Positions 56,877 to 64,000 of a stretch of 64,000 bases of DNA are shown piece after piece. Made by a program: the position numbers and the translations under genes. This DNA is from Promethearchaeota archaeon. GTDB lineage: Archaea > Asgardarchaeota > Lokiarchaeia > Sigyniarchaeales > SOKP01. Within the stretch, counting starts at the first letter, position 1. Every line of letters starts with the position of its first letter. The notes under the pieces were generated by a model, which saw only the letters and a program-made list of their open reading frames with translations, was not told the origin of the DNA and did not search any database. Location of the stretch: contig JAUVXW010000011.1 of NCBI GenBank assembly GCA_030603385.1, positions 29,564 to 93,563 on the forward strand, read 5' to 3'.

Positions 56877-58091
56877 ATGACGAAATATGATAAACAAATA
56901 GAGAAAAGTTATGAGAAGGATTTTCAGCGGGCTAAAAAATTTTTTCTAGAAGGAAGAATAGATAAAGCAGAAAGTCTTTTAAAAAAAATTTATAAATATT
57001 ACGATTCAAAAAATAATTATAGCAAAACTAATGAGATCCTGAAAGAATTAACAGATTTATATACAAAATCCAGACAAGAACATAAAGCATTGGAATATTA
57101 TGAAAAACTTCATGATTTTTACAAAAAAACAAAAAGAAGACATCAATTAGGAATAATATTAAATAATTTAGGAATAATACATAAAAGTTTAAGTAATCTT
57201 GAAAAATCTAAAGAATGCTTTATTATATCAAGAGAAATATTTGAAGAAATTAAATTTGATGAAGGAATTTTTAAAGCTATTGCTAATTTAGGCATAACTC
57301 TAGATATTGAAGGTAAATTAGAAGAATCATTGAATATTACATTAAAAGCAAAAAAAATTTGTCTAAAAAATAATTATTTACATGAATTACCCAAAATTTA
57401 TTCAACCCTTACCATACTCTATTTCAGGTTAAATGATCACGATAATTTTATAAAAAATCTTGAAATAGCAGCAAAATTATTTGAGAACAGTGATGATTAT
57501 CATTCATTAGTCTTTTTTTATAATAATATCGCAGCTTATGCTGAAAGATTTAATGATGACGAAAAAGAAGTTGAATTCTTAAATAAAGCACTAGAGACTT
57601 CTAACAAATTTAATGTAGGAGATGCAAAAGTACACACGCTTTCTAATTATTCACAATACTTGATAAAAAAAAGAAAAATTAAACAAGCCGAAGAATTTCT
57701 AACACAAGCTTCAAAAATCTGTGAATCTAAAAAATATTTATTATATTTTGTTGAACTAATTTATGCTTTTGGATTAGCTAGTTACATCAAAGGAAATTTT
57801 CAAGAAGCAATCAAAAAAGTAAATGAAGCTTTAAAAATTGCTAAAGAAAATGGCCAGATTCACTGGATTATAGATTGTTATAAACTTCTTGGTGAAATAT
57901 TTAAAAAATATGATGATTTTTATGAAAGTTATCGAAATTATACTCAAGCATTAAATTATTATCAAGATATCTCAAATTCTATTAATACTTTAGAATTAAA
58001 AGAGTCGTCGCAAATAACTTTGGGAGTCATATGTCCGCATTTTTCACATTCTACTGCGATGACACTTGCTTTTCCACATAGATTACAATAA
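56877..58091 (+). CDS. TPR-repeat protein, 3'-truncated at ~58004
   Basis: Repeated NNLG/ANLG...A helical repeats. The last ~28 aa are the antisense reading of the ParB-like repeat. Confidence 0.85.
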   Translation: MTKYDKQIEKSYEKDFQRAKKFFLEGRIDKAESLLKKIYKYYDSKNNYSKTNEILKELTDLYTKSRQEHKALEYYEKLHDFYKKTKRRHQLGIILNNLGIIHKSLSNLEKSKECFIISREIFEEIKFDEGIFKAIANLGITLDIEGKLEESLNITLKAKKICLKNNYLHELPKIYSTLTILYFRLNDHDNFIKNLEIAAKLFENSDDYHSLVFFYNNIAAYAERFNDDEKEVEFLNKALETSNKFNVGDAKVHTLSNYSQYLIKKRKIKQAEEFLTQASKICESKKYLLYFVELIYAFGLASYIKGNFQEAIKKVNEALKIAKENGQIHWIIDCYKLLGEIFKKYDDFYESYRNYTQALNYYQDISNSINTLELKESSQITLGVICPHFSHSTAMTLAFPHRLQ

Positions 58092-59158
58092 TTATTTTTG
58101 GTTAATTTATCCTTTTTAATGTCGCTCTTTTCTTCAGAGATTTCCGTTATTTTTTTATCTTGATTCAAGGTTTTTACTAGAGGTGTAACCTGATTATCCT
58201 CTTTAGAAGATTCTACTAAGCTCGTGTTAGTGTCTTTCAATCCTAGAGATTTAGAGTCTTTAGAGGAAATTTTTTTTCCAGTTTCAACAAATTTATCAAT
58301 TATTGGTTTTTGCATAGTTGATACAAACTTTTTTATCTCAGTATCTGTAATTTGTCTTTCATTCGACTCGTTATAATGTTTTTTTTCACTTGGTCTTTTT
58401 TTCTGAGGGTAATTTATATTAATATTTAGACTCTCCTTTAACTTATCCTTTATAATCTGTCTATTTTTAACCTTTCTAAGTTTCTCTAATAATTCTTTCT
58501 GAGTTATCTTCCCTTGCTTTAATAAGTCTACAGTCTTGCTATCGAACTTATTGTTTTCAAGAGCATTGCTTATACGAGTTTTATTACGCAACCCTCTTTC
58601 TGTTAATCCAAAGATCTCATAGTGAGCTTTTACAAATGAAGGAACTGAATTGTTACTTTGTGATCCCATAACGGAAACCGTTTCCGCTATGCTTTTGTGA
58701 TCTTCGTTTTCAGAATGAGACCGGATATATCTACCTCTCTTTGTCTCTGGATGAGCGTTCTCATGTTTCTTCTTTATCTTCCCCAATACTACATAAAAAT
58801 CATAGGAAGCAAAATCTTTCCGATTATTATTTTCAATGATTTCAATTAAGATTTCATCATATTCAGAAATATTGAAATAGATTTTAGCTCTTATGGTTTT
58901 CCATCCAAGTTCAAATGCTACGCAGAACCGATAAAAGCCAGCAAGTAGGGTATAATCCTCTTTCAATGTTATTGCATGAAGCTGCCCAAGTTTAATCATA
59001 GATTCTTTTAAAGCTATATATTTTGGATTCTTCTTATAATCACCTGATTCTTGACGGATTCTTTGTTACGGATCTAATTTAATCTTGGATAATGGAACAT
59101 CTTCTAATGTCGTTTTATATGATAAAGTTGGTTCAGAAATATGGTTGTCTTTAATCAT
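58005..59158 (-). pseudogene. ParB N-terminal-domain gene with a nonsense codon and lost C-terminus
   Basis: ATG 59158 (ATGA overlap), VPLSKIKLDP*QRIRQ...LKESM...GQLHAI...LLAG.YR...LG...I.A; TAA at 59066-59068. Confidence 0.85.
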
Positions 59159-59388
59159 TTTATTAAGCTATCTCCTCTTGTAAACAATCCCCTTGAATGA
59201 ATATGGATATAATTTGAATTTATAGCCAGGTAAGTGTAGTTCAACTCATCAAAAATATTCTTCGTGATAAGAGCTGAAATAAACCCTATTATAGGGCTAA
59301 TAAAGGAAAATCTATCTTTTTTAAGAAACATTTGCACTTTTTTGTCTACTAAAAATATAGCGAAGGGACACTCAAGCATTTCTATCAT
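59155..59388 (-). CDS. Hypothetical protein in an operon with the ParB-like gene
   Basis: Overlaps both neighbours. Confidence 0.5.
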   Translation of the reverse strand: MIEMLECPFAIFLVDKKVQMFLKKDRFSFISPIIGFISALITKNIFDELNYTYLAINSNYIHIHSRGLFTRGDSLIK

Positions 59389-59640
59389 GCCAATTCTTTT
59401 TTATAAAACGCTTAAGTTGAGTAAAAAAATTAGTGAATTCCAAATGTGAAATATTTGATACTTTTATTAATAAACTTCTATCAAATGCTTGATTCCGTAG
59501 CCTTAGCTCAAGATATATAATTATTGGCACCAGTTTTTCAGCTTTACGATAGCTTGATTCTTTATGAATAAAGGGATGAATTGCTAAGACTTTTTCTAAA
59601 ATAGGCTCTTTAAGACCATTTTCTGTCTTAGCCAATCCCA
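59372..59640 (-). pseudogene. 5'-truncated gene, possible TFIIB/cyclin-fold fragment
   Basis: R..EKLVPIIIYL..R...spacing. Its 5' end abuts an opposite-strand fragment. Confidence 0.35.
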
Positions 59641-59644
59641 GTTT

Positions 59645-59791
59645 ACAGACGCCACTGGTAGTGCCGAACAAAAAGTATTGCCATTTAGTAAAGAAGAAGA
59701 ACTAGAATATGAACTATATTGTAAGCATTGTGGCAGTATTCTTTCAGAGGGACAGACAATATGTCATGTCTGTGGAAATAGAGTAATATAG
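59645..59791 (+). pseudogene. Zinc-ribbon C-terminal fragment
   Basis: ...YCKHCG.......CHVCGNRVI* without a start. Confidence 0.6.
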
Positions 59792-59942
59792 ATAATATCT
59801 TTTAGAATTTTTTTAAACTAATTCAGAAAAATTATTCACATTTTTTAATTGTGGTTAATTGAAGATATTTATGTCTAAGGGTAAGATCCGACAAATTCTT
59901 CAAGAAATATCTGAAGAAATATATAAAAAAAAGTAAAAAATT

Positions 59943-62447
59943 CTATTTAAAAAATTTCTTTTTTAATAAAATCCCAGATACAATGCTAATAACACCCAAT
60001 ATGAAGATTATATTGTAACTCGAGATCACTGGATCACCTTCTCTTTTTGTCTCAGTTGAAATCCAAGAATTTTCTCCAGCACTCCAAGTTTTCAGTCCAA
60101 TTGTTCCTTCAATTGGTGTTAAACCAAAACTTAAATTAGGCCAATTAGTTAATCTGTATTCATCTCCTTCACCAAAAAGCCAAGAAATACCCTCCCCTGT
60201 CTCATAGCCAATTATCCAATCAACTTGAAAATTAATGCCATATTGAAAATTAGTTAGATCTAATGAGAGAGTATTGCCATAACTTAATTCAGGTATATCT
60301 AGATTGAGGTTAAAACTCTTAGCTGTGGAATCCCAGTTCAAGGAATTGATTGAATTTCCTAATATTATATCTCCTGCTAAATACCCACTAATTATAGGAT
60401 TTATTTTTAGATATATATCCTCAAAGAATAAGTCAATTAACCAACTAAAAGAAGGGAAATACCATTTCAAAATTTCATCGATATGGAGTGTTATATTACA
60501 ATTTAAAATTTGTCCAAGTAGCTGTGGAGTAAAAACTGTATCAATAGTTAACATTCCACCTAGAATATCCACTGAGAATTCATAAGATTCTCCTAATATT
60601 AATTCCTCACATATGAATTGGATAATTGGGTTTGAAAAATCAACTAAGATCTGATTTTCAAAAATTACCTCGAGATGATAATCAGAAAAGAATACATTCA
60701 TATCAGCTGAAATATTGAAATAATAATCAATTGTAAGATTTGCTTTTGAGGAATCCAGAATAGTATCTAATATTGAATCTAAACTTTCACCAGGAATTAA
60801 TGTATCTGGTAGATCAATATTTGTATTTAGAGGAATTTCTATTTTAATTTCTACATTTCTTTCTATTTTTATAATTCCACCTTCAGCTTCAATGCTTCCA
60901 TGAAATAAAGCAGCCCTTTGCATAAGCATATCATAATTCGAATGGATGTAAGGGATTTCAAACACTCTTAAAATGTCATAGGCAAAAGGAGCATAATTTG
61001 GTACGATAAATCCTTCAACATCATGAACTCCTTGGGTAAAAGATCGATTTAATAACGCATAACAGGTATATATAATTGTGTCGTTAAAGGGATTAATATA
61101 ATATTGTCCAAGAATATCACCTCCAGTTTTACCAATAGCAAATTGATGATTATAAGTTTCAATTGTTAGTAAGAGAGATGCTACACCGCCATAGCAACTA
61201 GAAAAGTGATTGGTATAAGAGGTTAGATTTTTATATTCATAATGAGCTTCATACTGCTGTCCTAAGAGAGGTTGGAGCTCAGGAGAGTTATTAACTATTT
61301 TATTAATTATCCCTGTTTCTGCCGTATCCCATTCATATATTGCATATTCCATCGAATCTCTCCATTCTGTTGATGAATTTGTATATTCGTCATGATTATC
61401 AAATACGAAACGGTACGCAACTGGACCTCCAGTATAACTAAAGTTAAGATAAATTTGTATTAATTCATAATCATAATAATGAATTAATTGATCACTCCAA
61501 AATCCATCAAGCCAGACTTCATTCCAAAAATATAAGTATTGGATACAAATAGAGTTCCTTCCTATTGCTGGGTCATAACCATGAATGATCCGAGCAAATA
61601 AGCCATTTGGATCTGCCGTGTGATCTGTATCATCATTATCAAACAAGAATGGTTGAAAAAGTTCAGTTAAGTTTTTAGCTGTAAAAGCAGACTTCGTATC
61701 TAAAATTGAAACTTTAAAAGCAGCGTCAACATCTGTCATAGGGATTTCCATGTATCCTTCTAAATTGTCTGGGTCTTGAAAATTCCAATAAAAACCACCG
61801 AGAGAATCATCTGCAGAGGACATATCATATTCAAATACTTCTAAAAGCAAGCTGCTTAAAACTGTCCAACCTTCAAATAATGTAATCGGAGTTGAAAAAT
61901 TGTACCAATCATTAATACTATCATCAATTGAGTATTTAGGCGTCTCAAAGTAAAGATCATGATCTATAGTCAGATCGTCAACCCATTGATAATTTTGCCA
62001 ATTATTATTCAAATCATATTCAGGAAGTCCAATCCAATAATTTGGTACCCATCGAATATAAATATCACCCGGCCCAAGAGAATTATGATCATCCCATACA
62101 TAAAGAGCTGTTAAATTTATTTGAATTTTAGTCCAATGAATACCTTCCATAAGGGTTTGAGGAATTATATCATCGCCCAAATAAACTGTATGATTAATTT
62201 CAGCGAAGTGAGTAACATTGTCTAAAACATTCCATACATTTGGAGGTTTTGGTTTATCTACTTCAGCTTCTTGATTGCTCCACGTGTAACGAAATGTTAA
62301 ATTATTTGTATCGTCATATTGTCTTGATAATTTTAGATTATTAGCTAAACTAACCTCCGCTATGCCAATTATAGCGTACACAATTAAGAAACTAATAATT
62401 ATTTTAGCCTTACATTTTTGTCTCATAATATAAAAAAAATATGACAA
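59943..62447 (-). CDS. Acidic surface glycoprotein with signal peptide and Loki-CTERM-like anchor
   Basis: Signal peptide ending SLA; C-terminus ISSY + TM + KKKFFK; C2-like motifs (GDIYIR...EVFEYD...DDSLG). Confidence 0.88.
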   Translation of the reverse strand: MSYFFYIMRQKCKAKIIISFLIVYAIIGIAEVSLANNLKLSRQYDDTNNLTFRYTWSNQEAEVDKPKPPNVWNVLDNVTHFAEINHTVYLGDDIIPQTLMEGIHWTKIQINLTALYVWDDHNSLGPGDIYIRWVPNYWIGLPEYDLNNNWQNYQWVDDLTIDHDLYFETPKYSIDDSINDWYNFSTPITLFEGWTVLSSLLLEVFEYDMSSADDSLGGFYWNFQDPDNLEGYMEIPMTDVDAAFKVSILDTKSAFTAKNLTELFQPFLFDNDDTDHTADPNGLFARIIHGYDPAIGRNSICIQYLYFWNEVWLDGFWSDQLIHYYDYELIQIYLNFSYTGGPVAYRFVFDNHDEYTNSSTEWRDSMEYAIYEWDTAETGIINKIVNNSPELQPLLGQQYEAHYEYKNLTSYTNHFSSCYGGVASLLLTIETYNHQFAIGKTGGDILGQYYINPFNDTIIYTCYALLNRSFTQGVHDVEGFIVPNYAPFAYDILRVFEIPYIHSNYDMLMQRAALFHGSIEAEGGIIKIERNVEIKIEIPLNTNIDLPDTLIPGESLDSILDTILDSSKANLTIDYYFNISADMNVFFSDYHLEVIFENQILVDFSNPIIQFICEELILGESYEFSVDILGGMLTIDTVFTPQLLGQILNCNITLHIDEILKWYFPSFSWLIDLFFEDIYLKINPIISGYLAGDIILGNSINSLNWDSTAKSFNLNLDIPELSYGNTLSLDLTNFQYGINFQVDWIIGYETGEGISWLFGEGDEYRLTNWPNLSFGLTPIEGTIGLKTWSAGENSWISTETKREGDPVISSYNIIFILGVISIVSGILLKKKFFK

Positions 62448-62587
62448 TCTGATTATTTAATATTTTGTATTTAACGATAAAGCAGAATCTTCAATCTTAT
62501 ATTTAAATATCACAAAGCCCTGCTTAAACCCTACCTAAAAATAGTTAAACTTCTTCCTAAAAATTTTTCAATTAGAATCATTTTTTT

Positions 62588-63290
62588 TTATATATATTTT
62601 TCTGGATAGAGAACAGTCTTAATCTCATATAAAGTAGAATCTATTACTAAATCAGCATCGGCTTTCACAGTTTTTTTATGACCTAATGTTGGATTGAGAT
62701 AGAAAGATTTTGCTATCTGAAACTTATATTCTAACCATCTTTCAACATGTTCAAAAAATGTACTACATTTTAAGATCTGTTCTTTAGTTAATTTTGGCAT
62801 TTCAAATTTTTTTTCTCTATATAGCTTGTCTAAATAAGAAAGCCTAAAAATATCATACAAAGAGTCTTTCCAATAAATCCTTTCATTTTTAAAATTCTTT
62901 ATAGAGTTTTCGGTTTTTTCAAAAAAATCAGGATATATCTTTAGTATCATTATTCTGTAAGGTTTGCATTGTTAGGGGTGTTAGAATAAAACTATTAATA
63001 TTTCTAATTATTTTATCTAACATTGAATGCGCAATTTCCGCAACCATATGTTTCGTTATTACTTTTTCAGGAAATAAATTTAAGATTATTTTCCTAATGA
63101 TGTAATCCGAAAAAGTTCCAAAAATCCCCCACGCCTTAGACTCTTTAATCTATTCAGGATAAGGGTTTACTAAAGGATGACTTAAGGGAGTAAAATTTGG
63201 ATTCGGACTATTCTCTAGAAGTATCGTCTTATCCTGAATTTTTTTTAATAGTTTAGTTAAAGACGTTCTAGACGAGGACATTTCTCCCAT
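62588..63290 (-). pseudogene. PD-(D/E)XK nuclease-like pseudogene
   Basis: ATG 63290, TAG at 63150-63152, GTFSDY.IR, a frameshift near 62950, then LNPTLG...ADADLVID..LYEIKT. Confidence 0.7.
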
Positions 63291-63655
63291 TTCTTTCTCT
63301 ATTTCAATTATGATCTTTATTAAATATTAATTATCCTATAATTCCTTTTTACCAATATAAATTAGTCGGCATCAACACGACTGTAAATAGATAAAAACAT
63401 TTATGTAGAGAGTTTAGACAATGAGTTACAAAATAGTAAAAATTTTTAAATTGTAGACGAATAATATTGAATATTTAAATAAATTGATAAAATCTTCAAC
63501 TTTTTCTTTTAATTCTTGTGGTGCGGGTTTCGGCTTTGGTTTTGGTTTCTTTATTTTGGATCTTCCCTTTATATTGAATATAAATATCAGTATTATCATT
63601 ATAAAAGAATAAATAAGAAGTAATAAAGCATTAGTAATCCAAGACAGAGAGAAAA

Positions 63656-64000
63656 ATGTTCAAACGAAATAAACCCAGATGTTATTATTGCAGTAATAGA
63701 GTGGGTCTCTTTGCGTCTAATGCTATTGAGGATGAAATGGGAAAAAATAAAGACGACTCAACGTATCGTAAAATATACAATGAAAGTAGTGGGGATTATT
63801 ATTGTTTCCAAATCTCAAAATCCAAGTTAACACGGAAGGTCGCTATCTCTAAATTCGAATATTCTAGTATTGAAGAGAAAGTAAAGGGATTTGCTCCTTA
63901 TTTTGAGGTACGGCACGATCATTCACGAGGCACTTTGATAAAACTTCTTTTTCTTACAATTTGTGGCATAGATTGTTATTGCAGGCTTTTTCTGGAAATT
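63656..64000 (+). CDS. Hypothetical protein, partial (runs off window)
   Basis: MFKRNKPRCYYCSNRVG... open for 115 codons to the edge. Confidence 0.45.
   Translation, partial: MFKRNKPRCYYCSNRVGLFASNAIEDEMGKNKDDSTYRKIYNESSGDYYCFQISKSKLTRKVAISKFEYSSIEEKVKGFAPYFEVRHDHSRGTLIKLLFLTICGIDCYCRLFLEI

Noticed and set aside
36100-60585. Antisense or nested ORFs such as 36100, 39281, 42849, 43188, 47212, 47793, 49077 and 60304
   Set aside because: They overlap longer, motif-supported genes.
49833-63290. Stop-codon readthrough or recoding in genes with single in-frame stops
   Set aside because: The stops are mixed (TAA and TAG) and accompany frameshifts and truncations, while 11,000 codons of the giant gene contain none. 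Ordinary decay fits better.

Overview
Low-GC archaeal DNA, most likely an Asgard archaeon (Lokiarchaeia-type: GGTGA ribosome-binding sites, Loki-CTERM-like anchors, Loki-typical protein families; this assignment is inference). The left 34 kb is one giant minus-strand ORF starting at 34273 and still open at the window edge (at least 11,424 codons). It is absent from the ORF track because it has no stop in the window. It has a polytopic N-terminal membrane anchor, a basic cytoplasmic region, and a >10,000-aa acidic extracellular part (LamG, DUF2341, Ig-like and jelly-roll modules) in which domains are inserted inside one another like Russian dolls. A small coupled ORF precedes it. A divergent wHTH gene and a second surface-protein gene follow, with three copies of a 26-bp palindrome around the wHTH gene. 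The right 27 kb is an AT-rich accessory region. It holds a Type IIG-like R-M gene with an unannotated RHH controller, a glycosylase-like plus Mrr-like gene pair, further surface proteins, and many nonsense pseudogenes and spliced gene fragments, including a ~660-bp direct repeat of a ParB-like gene that truncates two other genes. All domain names come from reading motifs by eye, not from database searches.
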